From an uncultured delta proteobacterium (GTDB taxonomy: Bacteria > Bdellovibrionota > FAC87 > UBA2466), in the NCBI GenBank assembly GCA_963778115.1, contig CAVZSV010000004.1:544001-608000 (forward strand): a stretch of DNA of 64,000 nucleotides. The letters run 5' to 3'. How positions within the stretch are numbered: position 1 is the first letter of the stretch; every line of letters starts with the position of its first letter. Position numbers and translations under genes: made by a program. This document shows positions 43,505 to 54,040 of the stretch, piece by piece. The notes below the pieces were generated by a model. The model made no database searches, had not been told where the DNA came from, and was given only the letters and a program-made list of their open reading frames with translations.

Positions 43505-45886
43505 GTGCGCTCACCCGTCTGGAACAAATACCGAGAATTTCGAACACGACTGGGCCAACGTGTGGAATTTTTGGCAGCAACCTTTGAAGGTCGCGGAAAA
43601 GGCGAGAACCATTCGCCCAGCAGTGTGAGACGCCGCAAGATCGCAGCCCACTACATCTACAACGTTTTATTCTCATTAGTAACTTCACTTACCCTTTCCC
43701 AGTCAGGCCCGATTAATTTTGATGTCCTCACCCCTTCTGCTGGTGACATCGCCGAATCCGACGTCGTGTCTCCGTTTACGGCAGATCTGGAGCCAGGCAC
43801 CCTTAGCAAAGATCACGAAAGCGATCTCGAACGTAATACGGCTCCCGTTTTCGATTATGATGAGAATCAATTCGAAAGTTGGCTAACCCGTTGGCAAAAT
43901 GCATTTGAAAGAATTCGCGCAATGCACTATTCGGGAAAGCCTCCTAAGAGGAATGCTCCCCTTCCTTCAATGTTAACGAACGAACTGGCCGTTCTCACAG
44001 GGCAACTCATTCCCGAAAGTAATGTCCAGTTCCTCCACGAGCAACACTTTTCCAAATACGTTGAACATGAATTCTTAGAGTTGGGCCGCAATCTCTTGGG
44101 ACGGCTTATTTCGCCATCCAATCTGTTCCCCACCTACTACAATACGGGAATTAGAGTTCGGCTTCTCAATCAGTACCGCAGAGAAGCGGTCATCCACGAT
44201 GTCTCTCGCGTCTGGAGTGTCGACCAGGCGAAAGAGTACTTGGCTCGCATTCAAGCGCAGGAAAGAAGAAAAACACCGGAGAGTGACGGGATATTAGACG
44301 CGGTCAACGCTGCTATCGTTCCCAATCTGCGGCTTAATCAGTCTCTCACCCAAGAAAGCATCGCTAAAACTTTGCACCGCGCGCGGCAAAATACTATTAG
44401 CGTAATGCGAGGCCAAATTGTCGTTCACCGAGGAGAGCGAGTCACCGAGGAACAAGCGCAGATTTTGGAATCCATCAAAGCATTAGCTTCTCAAAATGCT
44501 TCCATAAAAAGATTTTTCCTCTCCTTTCTCCTACTTTTTGTTTTCTTTACCGTTCTTTTCCGGCTCAATATCACCGGTCGTGCCTTTTGGAACCTTACGC
44601 TCAAAGACGCCTTGGTCTTTCTCATTGTAACGGTGGGAGAGTTTCTCTGCTTCCGATACTCGCTGGGTGCCGTAAGACACGTCTTTTCACCCATTAACAT
44701 CGGTTTTGGGGTGGAATACGTCCTGCCCATTTCGGCTGGCGCTCTGATCATCCATCTATTGATGGGGAAAGAGACGGCTTTCACGTTTGCGACCCTGACC
44801 AGTATCGTTCTGGGATATCTACTTGATCGAAATTTCTATTTCACCGTTTATGCTTTCGCCGTAAGTGCCGCGGCCATCCAGAGTATTCGCTCGTGCAAGA
44901 TGCGTACGGATCTCTATAAGTGCGGGGCGTGGAGTGGTCTGGTGGGTACTTTGCTGGTGCTGGCATTTTCCCTGACTCAAGCCATCGGGTTTCACTCCAC
45001 CGATTGGTCGGCCCTATTTATCAGTCTAGGCCTCGCATTCGCCTCTGGGCTATTCGCCGCAATTCTAACTGGAACTTTGATTCCGGTCTTTGAGACGATC
45101 TTTGGCTATACGACCAGCCTTAAACTACTTGAGCTTTCGAATTTTAATCACCCTTTGCTGCACAATCTCATGATGAAAGCCCCAGGGACTTATCACCATT
45201 CCGTCATCGTAGGAAGTTTAGCCGAGCTTGCCGCCGATCGAATCGGTGCAAACTCCTTGCTAGCTCGGGTCTCGTCGTACTATCACGACATAGGAAAGAT
45301 GAATAAGCCGCTTTACTTTATCGAGAATCAAGCCCCTGCCCACAACGCCCACGATGCGCTACAACCTAGCATGTCGGCCAAGATCCTCTTTTCTCATGTA
45401 AAAGACGGGGTAAAGATGGGACGCGAACACAATTTGGGGGTTTCCATTGTCAGCATCATTGAACAGCACCACGGAACTACCTTAGTCTCTTACTTCTTCA
45501 ACAAAGCGAAGAAGAACGAAAATCCGGAAATGGATACCGTCGACGAAAGCAATTTCCGCTATCCAGGCCCCAAGCCGCAAACGCGCGAAGCCGCTATCGT
45601 GATGCTAGCTGACGCTTGTGAAGCGGCAACCAGAAGTATATCCGAGCCAACGGCCGCCAAGATCCAAAGCATGATTCACAACATTATCTCGAGAAGATTT
45701 ATGGAAGAGCAGTTCTCGGAGTGCGATCTTACCCTTCGCGATTTAAAAATCGCCGAAGATTGTTTCGTGCGAACCTTAGTCTCGCTCTATCATCACAGAA
45801 TCGAATACCCGGGACAAACCGCGGCAACCGCAAAGATTCCCGGCGAGACAACTGCTTCCCACTCCAACAAGAAAGCACAGGGATAG
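43505..45886 (+). CDS. 7TM-HD family phosphohydrolase (PgpH-like)
   Basis: Extracytoplasmic domain, about 7 TM segments, APGTYHHS, YYHDIGK, YFIENQ, QHHGT, FRYPGPKP and MLADACEAA. Lies upstream of ybeY. Confidence 0.92.
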   Translation: MRSPVWNKYREFRTRLGQRVEFLAATFEGRGKGENHSPSSVRRRKIAAHYIYNVLFSLVTSLTLSQSGPINFDVLTPSAGDIAESDVVSPFTADLEPGTLSKDHESDLERNTAPVFDYDENQFESWLTRWQNAFERIRAMHYSGKPPKRNAPLPSMLTNELAVLTGQLIPESNVQFLHEQHFSKYVEHEFLELGRNLLGRLISPSNLFPTYYNTGIRVRLLNQYRREAVIHDVSRVWSVDQAKEYLARIQAQERRKTPESDGILDAVNAAIVPNLRLNQSLTQESIAKTLHRARQNTISVMRGQIVVHRGERVTEEQAQILESIKALASQNASIKRFFLSFLLLFVFFTVLFRLNITGRAFWNLTLKDALVFLIVTVGEFLCFRYSLGAVRHVFSPINIGFGVEYVLPISAGALIIHLLMGKETAFTFATLTSIVLGYLLDRNFYFTVYAFAVSAAAIQSIRSCKMRTDLYKCGAWSGLVGTLLVLAFSLTQAIGFHSTDWSALFISLGLAFASGLFAAILTGTLIPVFETIFGYTTSLKLLELSNFNHPLLHNLMMKAPGTYHHSVIVGSLAELAADRIGANSLLARVSSYYHDIGKMNKPLYFIENQAPAHNAHDALQPSMSAKILFSHVKDGVKMGREHNLGVSIVSIIEQHHGTTLVSYFFNKAKKNENPEMDTVDESNFRYPGPKPQTREAAIVMLADACEAATRSISEPTAAKIQSMIHNIISRRFMEEQFSECDLTLRDLKIAEDCFVRTLVSLYHHRIEYPGQTAATAKIPGETTASHSNKKAQG

Positions 45887-45893
45887 CAATCAA

Positions 45894-46367
45894 GTGTTTC
45901 GCCTTAGCATCAATGTCCACTGCCGTTTTCCTCCCAGTTATCGAAGGTGCCTTTCAAAAAGCGCTCACGCGGCATTAGCTGCCATTCCGATAGCCACAAA
46001 ACGAAGACTTCTCAAACATCGAATCGCCCCACACCTCGTCGAAATCTCAGTGATAAGTCCTCAAACCATGCGAAAGCTGAATCGGCGCTACCGAAAAAAA
46101 GATCGACCTACCGACGTTCTTTCTTTTTCGGAATTAGAAGGACAACCCATTCCTTCGGTGCATTCTAGAATTGGGGAAGTCCTTCTTTGCTGGAGTGTCG
46201 CTCAAAGACAGGCCAACGAATCAAAGACTACCGCGCGAAATGAGGTCGAAATGCTAGTAGTCCACGGAGTTCTTCATCTTTTTGGTTACGATCACGAAAA
46301 GGACAAAAGACAGGCCAAAAGTATGTTTTCTCTTCAGAATAAAATTCTAAAATCTATTCGCGGATAG
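45894..46367 (+). CDS. ybeY: rRNA maturation endoribonuclease
   Basis: LNRRYRKKDRPTDVLSF and HGVLHLFGYDH. Confidence 0.93.
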   Translation: MFRLSINVHCRFPPSYRRCLSKSAHAALAAIPIATKRRLLKHRIAPHLVEISVISPQTMRKLNRRYRKKDRPTDVLSFSELEGQPIPSVHSRIGEVLLCWSVAQRQANESKTTARNEVEMLVVHGVLHLFGYDHEKDKRQAKSMFSLQNKILKSIRG

Positions 46368-47562
46368 CTTCGATAGGATCAAGGGTCGAGGCCTTTTGGG
46401 CGGGATACAAAGTCGCCAAAAAAATGAGAACCACCGCGACCGCATAGATAAGAACGAGCGCCATCGGGCGAATCTCCACCGGAATACTTCGATCATAGTA
46501 GAAAGCAGGAAGTTGAAAGGTGGAAAAAAATTTCAGATAAGACAAGATCACGACCGTCAAAAAGGCCCCCAACAAAAGGCCTATTCCCCCCAAGAAAGCT
46601 CCCTGCCATATAAAGATATTTCGCACCTGCCCCGCCGAAGCACCGATAGCGCGAAGGATTCCGATGTTCTTCCGCTTATGGTTAGCATGCATCATAAGCG
46701 TAATAACAATATTCATGACCGCAATGAGAATCGCAAAACTCAAAATGGTAAACATAGAATACTGCTCTAACTTCAAAGAATGAAAAAGGGCTGAGTTAAA
46801 CTCTGTCCAACTTTGAACGGTCCAATCGGCTGGAAGTAGGGCCGCTACTTTAGCCTTTAACCTCTGCCCTTCATCGGCTGAAGTCGCCCATAGGTGCCAG
46901 CCTGAAATCGAGTTCCCCTTCTTAAGCAAGTACTGGGCGTCGCTGAGATCCAAGAAAAGATATTGCTCATCAAAGTCGTAGTGACCTGACTTATACAAGC
47001 CTGACACTTCATACGTCTCCGATTGCGGCATGGTGCCCATCACTCCCGTTCGTTCGAGCGGAGACATGATACGAACCTGGCTTCCCACATCGGCATCAAG
47101 ACGATAGGAGAGCTCGGACCCAACGACGAGTTGAGGGAGTTTACTCTTTTTGGAGGGTGCCCTTCCCTCTACCAGTTTATCACCCATGGCGACGAATTCC
47201 TGGGGAGGAACTCCCCACACCACGGCTCCGATGGCTCTTCGGTCCGACTGCACAATCATTTCCGATTCCAAGTACGGAACCGCGCGAACGATTCCTGGAA
47301 TTTTCTGGAAAGTTTCGGTCCAAGGTTCATATTTCGAAATAAAGGAGCTGCCATCCACGGGCTTAATCATTAAATGAGGGTAGGCAGTAAGAACGCGATC
47401 TCTTAGAGTCGATTCAAATCCGTACATGACCGAAAGTAGCGAACTCATAGCACCAATCCCTACCCCAATGGCAAGCCATGCAAAAAAGGTCATCGCGCTA
47501 AAGGTTCCTTTTTCGGTTCCCTTAAGCATAAATCTCCAAGCTACCCAGCGCACGACGTTCAT
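46354..47562 (-). CDS. LolC/LolE-like lipoprotein-releasing ABC permease
   Basis: SVMYGFE, W..FN.ALF.SLKLE, IGILRAIGA and YPAQKASTLDPIEAIR. Likely start is ATG 47562. Confidence 0.88.
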   Translation of the reverse strand: MNVVRWVAWRFMLKGTEKGTFSAMTFFAWLAIGVGIGAMSSLLSVMYGFESTLRDRVLTAYPHLMIKPVDGSSFISKYEPWTETFQKIPGIVRAVPYLESEMIVQSDRRAIGAVVWGVPPQEFVAMGDKLVEGRAPSKKSKLPQLVVGSELSYRLDADVGSQVRIMSPLERTGVMGTMPQSETYEVSGLYKSGHYDFDEQYLFLDLSDAQYLLKKGNSISGWHLWATSADEGQRLKAKVAALLPADWTVQSWTEFNSALFHSLKLEQYSMFTILSFAILIAVMNIVITLMMHANHKRKNIGILRAIGASAGQVRNIFIWQGAFLGGIGLLLGAFLTVVILSYLKFFSTFQLPAFYYDRSIPVEIRPMALVLIYAVAVVLIFLATLYPAQKASTLDPIEAIRE

Positions 47563-48100
47563 TGATTGTATTCCTGCTGCGGAACCTGTTCGCCGTCCGG
47601 CATTTGCGGCGGAGGGGGCGGCACCGGCGGTTGGTACTCTTCGTCGGAATTCCCGGATTCGGGATAAATGGGGGGCGGAGGCGCTAATTCTCCCCCTTCG
47701 GGCGCGGGTTGAAAGCCGCCCGTGTTGCCATCCCAAACGTTGTTCCCTTGAGGCGGGGGAGGCGGTGGATAATAGGTATCATTATTTACGGGGGAGGAAA
47801 ATAAGACTCGCCTTGAGGCGGAACATTTCCCGGCCCCCCTTGCGGTGGTTGCACGATCGGCGATTTCCCCTGCGGCATCTGTCCCGGCTTCGGGGTAATA
47901 TCATCAGACAATGGTCCGGAACTACTGGGAATCGAAGGTGAATTGTCGGGAACGAACGCCGGCTGCTCGTGATGCATGGCTGGTGCTGGAACACTATTGG
48001 AAATAGCTGGGGTCTCAGGCGTCGACTTATTACGGTGGATCGCCCAATAGCCAACACCCAAAGTAAGAAAAAATAGTACGGGCCAAATCCATCGCGGCAT
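47559..48100 (-). CDS. Membrane-anchored proline-rich protein with one frameshift near 47790
   Basis: TM N-terminus and Pro-rich body. After the G/C-run at about 47790 the same composition continues in another frame (VNNDTYYPPPPPPQG...QQEYNQ) to a TGA overlapping the lolC/E ATG. Confidence 0.65.
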
Positions 48101-48205
48101 TTACCCATTCTCGACGAATCTCCTGCGAATGACAATAATAGGATCCCTTGACGTCGTTTTGATCCTTTTGCAAACCCCCGCCATTCTGCTAAAAAAGAGT
48201 TAAAG

Positions 48206-49846
48206 ATGGCTAATTCACAGACAAAAATGACCAAGAATGATGACACTACCGAGATTCCAACGATTCACTGGGCAGATCACGCAGCAACAGAGCTGATAGA
48301 AAAAGATCCCCATCAGAGCCGATTCGTCTGCGCTTCAGGGATCTCACCCAGTGGCATCATCCATATAGGGAATTTCCGTGAGGCCATTACGGTAGCTTTC
48401 GTAGTCAGAGCACTCAGAGATAGAGGAAAAGAGGTCCGGGCAATCCATAGCTGGGACGATTTCGATGCCTTAAGAAAAATTCCTCCGTATTTGCCAAATC
48501 AGGAGCTACTGCAAGCCAACTTAAGAAAGCCGCTTGCCAAAGTGCCCGATCCTTATGGAGGAGCCGGTTCCTACGCTGCCCACTTTGAAGACCGTTTTGA
48601 GAAGAGCTTGAAGGAAACAGAGATAGACGCCGAGTGTATTCGCCAAAACGTTCCGTACCAGGCGGCTTACTATGCTCAAGGAATCAAAGACGCCATCGCC
48701 AATGAGAAGACTATCATTGAGATCTTAAATCGATCGCGAACGGAACCTCTTCCGGCGAACTGGACCTGTTTAAGCATCTTTTGCAAACAATGCGATCGAG
48801 ATATTACTGAGCTACTTCAATTCACCCCACCCGCCACGGTGAAATACCGGTGTAAGCCGTGCAAAAAAGAGTTTGAAGTCTCTGTCGACGAACCCAATTC
48901 GGGCGTCAAATTGTTATGGCGAGTGGATTGGCCCATGCGGTGGACCAAGGAAAAGGTAGATTTCGAGCCTGGCGGTAAAGATCATTCTTCACAGGGTGGG
49001 TCATTTGACACTGGGGCAGAGATTATCCGAGCCGTCTGGAAACGCGAGCCCCCGTTCTACGTCCAGTACGATTTTGTGGTGGCTAAGGGGCTAGGGGCAA
49101 AGCTCTCCTCATCTTCGGGAGTGATGATAACGCCTGATGAGGCGCTAGCCATCTATGAACCGGCTGTCTTGCGTTGGATCTTCGCCAGCCGAAAACCTAA
49201 CCTCGACTTTTCCATAGCCTTCGATTTGGACGTCTTAAAAACTTACGACGATTTCGACAGAACGACTCGAATTGCTCTTAAGCAAGAGCAGGCCGAGGAG
49301 AGGAAACATAATTACGAGAGACGAATCTACGATCTCTCTCGGACTTCGCACTATCCTAAATCGAGCGAAGCCCCAAAAAGCTTCGGCCAATTCCCTTTCC
49401 GACATCTGTGTAACATATTGCAGATCCATCAAGGAGATGTGAGCAAAGCTAAAAATTTCTTTTCTTCGGTGATCACTTCCCAAGCAGACGAGGTTCGTTT
49501 TGATCTTAGGGCCGTACGCGCCTGGAAATGGATAACCGAATTTGCCCCTCCTGACTTTCGCTTTTCGTTACGAACCGCGGAAAACCCGTCGCCAAAGGCA
49601 AAATTCGTTCCTGCTGTCACGGACCTAGTAAAACTTCTCGAAGAGATCGGGGACACCTCTATTACAGAAGAGGACCTAGCGGGAAGAATTTACACCATCA
49701 TGAAGACGCACCAGCTGGAACCGAAAGCTTTTTTCCAGGATGTTTATTCGGTTTTAATTGCGAAAACGAATGGGCCGAAATTGGCGTCGTTTTTGATTGC
49801 GTTGGGGCTGAAGAATGCGGCGGAGAGGATAACGAAAGCGATCTAG
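48206..49846 (+). CDS. lysS: Lysine--tRNA ligase, class I
   Basis: HWAD, SGISPSG.IHIGN, WDDFDALRK, two CxxC, KLLWRVDWPMRW, FEPGGKDH, KLSSS and GPKLASF. Confidence 0.95.
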   Translation: MANSQTKMTKNDDTTEIPTIHWADHAATELIEKDPHQSRFVCASGISPSGIIHIGNFREAITVAFVVRALRDRGKEVRAIHSWDDFDALRKIPPYLPNQELLQANLRKPLAKVPDPYGGAGSYAAHFEDRFEKSLKETEIDAECIRQNVPYQAAYYAQGIKDAIANEKTIIEILNRSRTEPLPANWTCLSIFCKQCDRDITELLQFTPPATVKYRCKPCKKEFEVSVDEPNSGVKLLWRVDWPMRWTKEKVDFEPGGKDHSSQGGSFDTGAEIIRAVWKREPPFYVQYDFVVAKGLGAKLSSSSGVMITPDEALAIYEPAVLRWIFASRKPNLDFSIAFDLDVLKTYDDFDRTTRIALKQEQAEERKHNYERRIYDLSRTSHYPKSSEAPKSFGQFPFRHLCNILQIHQGDVSKAKNFFSSVITSQADEVRFDLRAVRAWKWITEFAPPDFRFSLRTAENPSPKAKFVPAVTDLVKLLEEIGDTSITEEDLAGRIYTIMKTHQLEPKAFFQDVYSVLIAKTNGPKLASFLIALGLKNAAERITKAI

Positions 49847-49847
49847 G

Positions 49848-49884
49848 AAGGTTAAGATTGAGGTTAAGATTAATCCTTAACCTT
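49848..49884. repeat. Short direct/inverted repeat between convergent genes
   Basis: AGGTTAAGATT twice, followed by AATCCTTAACCTT, which can form a hairpin. Confidence 0.5.
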
Positions 49885-49899
49885 ATGGTATGTAGGGCG

Positions 49900-50187
49900 T
49901 TACCAATAAAATGTCTTTACGGTACAATCCCCCCTCACCCTGGTCTGACAACTAATTCTATCGGCCTCTGAATTCTTCTCTTTTCTAAGCAGGCGTCGTT
50001 CGAAATCCGTTTGGGCAGAGAGATTACCGCCTCCTTCCACCACTTGCATATTGCACCGTCCGCAGACGAACTCCGCGTTACAAGATGACGCCACGGGCAA
50101 CCCCGCCGTGAGCGCCGCATTAAAAAGCGTGGTATTTAGGGCAACTTCGATGGATTTTCCAGAGGGCAAAAAGGTCACAATAGGCAT
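49900..50187 (-). CDS. 2Fe-2S ferredoxin
   Basis: SSCNAEFVCGRC and RISCQ. Confidence 0.88.
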   Translation of the reverse strand: MPIVTFLPSGKSIEVALNTTLFNAALTAGLPVASSCNAEFVCGRCNMQVVEGGGNLSAQTDFERRLLRKEKNSEADRISCQTRVRGDCTVKTFYW

Positions 50188-50264
50188 GGGCCGCCCTTCC
50201 CCCATAAGGTATACTTAAAGAACTTTGTCCGGCCTGATTTCGTCACAACAAGAAGAATAACACC

Positions 50265-51305
50265 ATGAATTCTCAAGAATTAGAAAAAAGTAATGTTCCT
50301 AGCGAAGCTCTCACCGCTCAACTCTCGGAAGACTCCAAGACCTTAAATCTCATCATCAGTGAATCGGCGAAAGTTATCGTCGGACAGGAAAAGATGATGA
50401 GATCTTTACTAGTGGGGCTATTGACCGGCGGTCATGTCCTTCTTGAAGGGCTTCCGGGACTGGCAAAGACGCTGGCCGTAAAAACGTTAGCCACCATCTT
50501 AGATGCTAAATTCCAGCGCATTCAATTTACGCCCGATCTGCTTCCCAGTGATCTAATCGGTACCATGATCTACCGCGAACAGACCGGAGAATTTGTTCCG
50601 AAGAAAGGTCCCATCTTTTCCAATATCGTGCTCGCTGATGAAATTAATCGTGCCCCCGCCAAAGTGCAAAGTGCTTTGCTCGAAGCGATGGCGGAAAAGC
50701 AGGTGACCATCGGAGAGACGACTTATCACCTTGACGAGCCTTTTTTGGTTTTAGCGACGCAAAATCCTATCGAGCAGGAAGGGACATACCAACTCCCAGA
50801 AGCCCAACTCGACAGATTCATGTTCAAGATCAAAGTCGATTATCCCAGCCGCGAAGAAGAGCGCGTTATTTTGGATCGCATGGCGACACACGCCGAAATT
50901 CCCCGAAGTCATGGCATCGTTTCCTCAAAAAAGATTCTTGAGATTCGCAGTCACATTAACGACGTTTATCTGGATGAACGCATCAAGGAATATGTTTTGC
51001 GCTTGGTAATGGCGACACGCGGAAATGAGACGATGACCAATCAGGAGGCAAAACAAGACGCGCTCCGAGAGATTCGAAGCAGCATTCAGATTGGGGCTTC
51101 TCCCCGAGCCACCATTTTCACTTGCCGTGCCGCCAAAGCATACGCTTTACTGGAAAATCGAAATTACGTCGTTCCCGATGATGTGAAGGCCGTGGCAGTG
51201 GAGATTTTCCGACACCGTCTCATCCTCACCTTCGAAGCCGAAGCGCGAAACCTAACTGCAGACGAGTTGATCTTAAAATTGCTAGAAACGATCGTCGTTC
51301 CCTAA
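50265..51305 (+). CDS. moxR: MoxR-family AAA+ ATPase (MoxR proper, Bat-associated)
   Basis: GLPGLAKT, RIQFTPDLLPSD, LADEINRAPAKVQSALL and ATQNPIEQEGTY.LPEAQLDRF. Confidence 0.95.
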   Translation: MNSQELEKSNVPSEALTAQLSEDSKTLNLIISESAKVIVGQEKMMRSLLVGLLTGGHVLLEGLPGLAKTLAVKTLATILDAKFQRIQFTPDLLPSDLIGTMIYREQTGEFVPKKGPIFSNIVLADEINRAPAKVQSALLEAMAEKQVTIGETTYHLDEPFLVLATQNPIEQEGTYQLPEAQLDRFMFKIKVDYPSREEERVILDRMATHAEIPRSHGIVSSKKILEIRSHINDVYLDERIKEYVLRLVMATRGNETMTNQEAKQDALREIRSSIQIGASPRATIFTCRAAKAYALLENRNYVVPDDVKAVAVEIFRHRLILTFEAEARNLTADELILKLLETIVVP

Positions 51306-51315
51306 CGAGGCTGTT

Positions 51316-52197
51316 GTGCAATTCAGTGAACAACTGCTCAAGGCCGTCGCCGAGCTTGAACTCAAAGCGAAACGCAACGTGACCGCCCTGCTTGCAGGGA
51401 ATTACCGAACCGCTTTTCGTGGAAGCGGAATGCAGTTTAAAGAATTTCGTCATTATGAACCGGGCGACGATATCCGTCACATGAGCTGGTTGGTAACTGC
51501 TCGCACCGGACGCGCCACGATTAAAACCTACGAAGAAGACAGAGATCTCGACGTTATTTTAGTGGTGGACACGAGCGGATCCTCTCTTTTCGGGTTAACC
51601 CACAAGCGAAAAGTAGACATGTACGCGGAACTTGTAGCGCTAGTGGGGCTCGCAGCCCTGAAGTCGGGAGATAATGTGGGTCTTCATCTATTTAACGATG
51701 GACCACAACTTTATCTCCCTCCGAAGAGAACACGCCAACAGGTCCTAGCTTCCGTAGCCCATGTGCTAAGTCAACCCTCACGGGGAACGCGCAGCGACTT
51801 AAAATCAACGCTTGTCCAATTGAGGGGCTTGGTAAAAAGCCGCTCGTTGATCATTATCTTCTCCGATTTCTGGGTGCCCCCTTTCGAAATGGAACTCAGT
51901 CGCCTTACACGCAAACACGAAGTCGTTCTTCTTCATTGTTACGATGACGCGGAACGTGGCTCTCAGATCAATGGTGTTTTTGAAGTCTGCGATCCGGAGA
52001 GCGGTAAATTTTTCCTGCTCGATGGAAGTTCCAAGAAAATAAAACGAAAACTCTCAGAGCAACACACCCTTTTGACGAATCAACTAGAGACTACATCCGA
52101 CCGTTGTGGAGCGGATTATCTCTCTTTAAGTGTAGAAGATGACTATCTGCAAAGACTGGTTAACTTTTTTCGCCGTCGTGGCCCTGCTCGCGTGTAA
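51316..52197 (+). CDS. DUF58 domain protein
   Basis: GSGMQF.EFRHYEPGDDIR..W..TAR, VDTSGS and IFSDF. Confidence 0.9.
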   Translation: MQFSEQLLKAVAELELKAKRNVTALLAGNYRTAFRGSGMQFKEFRHYEPGDDIRHMSWLVTARTGRATIKTYEEDRDLDVILVVDTSGSSLFGLTHKRKVDMYAELVALVGLAALKSGDNVGLHLFNDGPQLYLPPKRTRQQVLASVAHVLSQPSRGTRSDLKSTLVQLRGLVKSRSLIIIFSDFWVPPFEMELSRLTRKHEVVLLHCYDDAERGSQINGVFEVCDPESGKFFLLDGSSKKIKRKLSEQHTLLTNQLETTSDRCGADYLSLSVEDDYLQRLVNFFRRRGPARV

Positions 52198-53030
52198 TGC
52201 ACTATTCGCGTCGACGCTTAAGTTTTCTCTCGACCCGAAAGTGATTATGCCTGGCGAACACGCACGTCTTGAAATTAGGATCCCCTCCCAAGGTCTGCCC
52301 TCTATCACGGATTCGCCTCCCGTTATTCACGATGAGTTGCTCACTAAAGCCGACTCCCTTCGCATCGTAGAGCAGAGTTTCAATAATCGCGGGAATGAAC
52401 TGGTCTGGACCTATGATCTAACGTTAACCAAACTCGGAAAGACAACGGTTCCCCCCGTCGAAATTCAATTGGGAAGCCAAAGCTTCTCCACTGAGGCTAC
52501 TTTACTCGAATTAAAGTCTCCCCGACAGCAAGGGGACGATAACCTGCGAGATGATTTTTGGCCCCGTGAGCCCTCCGATGCACTGGGGTCCTTGGATAAA
52601 GCTTTTTGCCCTTCTATTCTTTCTTGTCGGTGGTGGTTTGGCCTTGTACCGGTGGTTCCGCAGTCGCTTGCAACGTCGCCCGCCGCCCAAACCTCCAGCT
52701 CCAGAGCCTGGGGAGTCCGCTTTGGAATGGTTGCAGAAAAGGCTAAAAGAGATTCGTGTGCGACTAGAAAGTTCCAAGGACGGCGAGGCTGGTATCGACG
52801 AGCTTACGATCACCATCCGTCATTTCTTCGAACTCGTGTCTCGCAACCCCGTGGAAGCGTGGACCACTCGAGAATTTACCTCTCGATTTTCCAAGGATGA
52901 AATAGCTCAGCGCGTGAGCACAGTACTCAGTCGCTGCGACGCTTGGAAGTTCGGCCGCCAAAGTGACGAGCCTCCCCGAGACATTGCTTTTGCCTGTTTA
53001 GAGGAAACGGAGAAGATTTTACTCCCATGA
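52178..53030 (+). CDS. Bat-operon membrane-anchored protein with one frameshift near 52555
   Basis: The Ig/BatD-like N-half (ORF 52139) joins the TM..ALEWL..TTRE..DAWKF C-half (ORF 52551) at a T-run. ATGA overlap with batA. Confidence 0.65.
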
Positions 53031-54040
53031 ACGCGATTTCCGATCCCAGGACACTACTATTATTAATTCTCCCGCTGGGAGCAGCGCTCATTTTTGTATT
53101 GAAAGGACGATCCGAAAAACGAAAGGGACTTCTGCCCTTCTCGGGACCCTTAGGTTTTCTTGAAAAGGAGACCAAACGAACGCGTACGGCTTTTCGTCTG
53201 CTTTTTCTAGCGACTGTTGTGGCGCTTTGCCTAATGGTATACGTCGTATCCCGTCCTTTTGAACTGAGACCAAAATTGAAGCGAACCGGAGAAGGGATCG
53301 ATATTCTCATCGCTTTAGATACCTCGGAGTCGATGGATGCCGACGATTTCGAACCGAGTCGTATCGATGTCGCCAAAACGGTAATTCGTGATTTCATAAA
53401 GCGTCGTACCGAAGATCGAATCGGTATTATTGTCTTCTCGGGAGACGCCGTCACCAAGTGCCCTCTCACCCGAGACTATGATTTCTTACTCTCTCAAGTA
53501 GAAGACATCCATCTTAGGGAAATGAAACAAGGGACCGCCATCGGGATGGGGCTGGCTAATGGAGTTGCTCGGCTCAGAAATTCCGAATCAAAAACAAAAG
53601 TCATCATCTTACTAACCGATGGAGATAGTAACGTCGGGGCCATCAATCCCGCAACAGCGGCTCACTTAGCGAGGCAAGAAGGGATTAAGGTCTATACCAT
53701 CGGTATCGGCAAAGCCAACCGAGTCGTAGTCCCCATTTACGCTTACGACGTTTATGGACGACGAACGCAGCTGGTGGCGCAGGTGCCTTCTTATCTCAAT
53801 CCGGAACTGCTTCAGGAGATAGCCCGCCTCACGGGCGGAAAAGCCTACATGGCACGGGATCCCGGAATGTTGACCCGATTCGTTCAGGAGGTCGACTCGC
53901 TAGAGAAGACTAAAGTAAAGATAACAAAAACCGAGGAGCGGGAAGAACGCTATCTGATTCCCGCCATGATCGCTAGTCTGCTCATCTTTATAGTAATTTT
54001 CCTTCGTGAAACCAGATTTCGAAAAGCGAGGGTAGCATAA
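53027..54040 (+). CDS. batA: BatA-like VWA membrane protein
   Basis: GIDILIALDTSESM, DRIGIIVF, GTAIGMGL, ILLTDG and IARLTGG. Confidence 0.85.
   Translation: MNAISDPRTLLLLILPLGAALIFVLKGRSEKRKGLLPFSGPLGFLEKETKRTRTAFRLLFLATVVALCLMVYVVSRPFELRPKLKRTGEGIDILIALDTSESMDADDFEPSRIDVAKTVIRDFIKRRTEDRIGIIVFSGDAVTKCPLTRDYDFLLSQVEDIHLREMKQGTAIGMGLANGVARLRNSESKTKVIILLTDGDSNVGAINPATAAHLARQEGIKVYTIGIGKANRVVVPIYAYDVYGRRTQLVAQVPSYLNPELLQEIARLTGGKAYMARDPGMLTRFVQEVDSLEKTKVKITKTEEREERYLIPAMIASLLIFIVIFLRETRFRKARVA

Noticed and set aside
47563..47736. Arg-rich N-terminal extension of LolC/E in the ORF track
   Set aside because: It is the alternate frame of the upstream Pro-rich gene. An ATGA overlap supports the 47562 start.
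49848..49884. CRISPR-like or iteron repeat
   Set aside because: Only two 11-bp copies plus an inverted copy, with no spacers and no cas genes.
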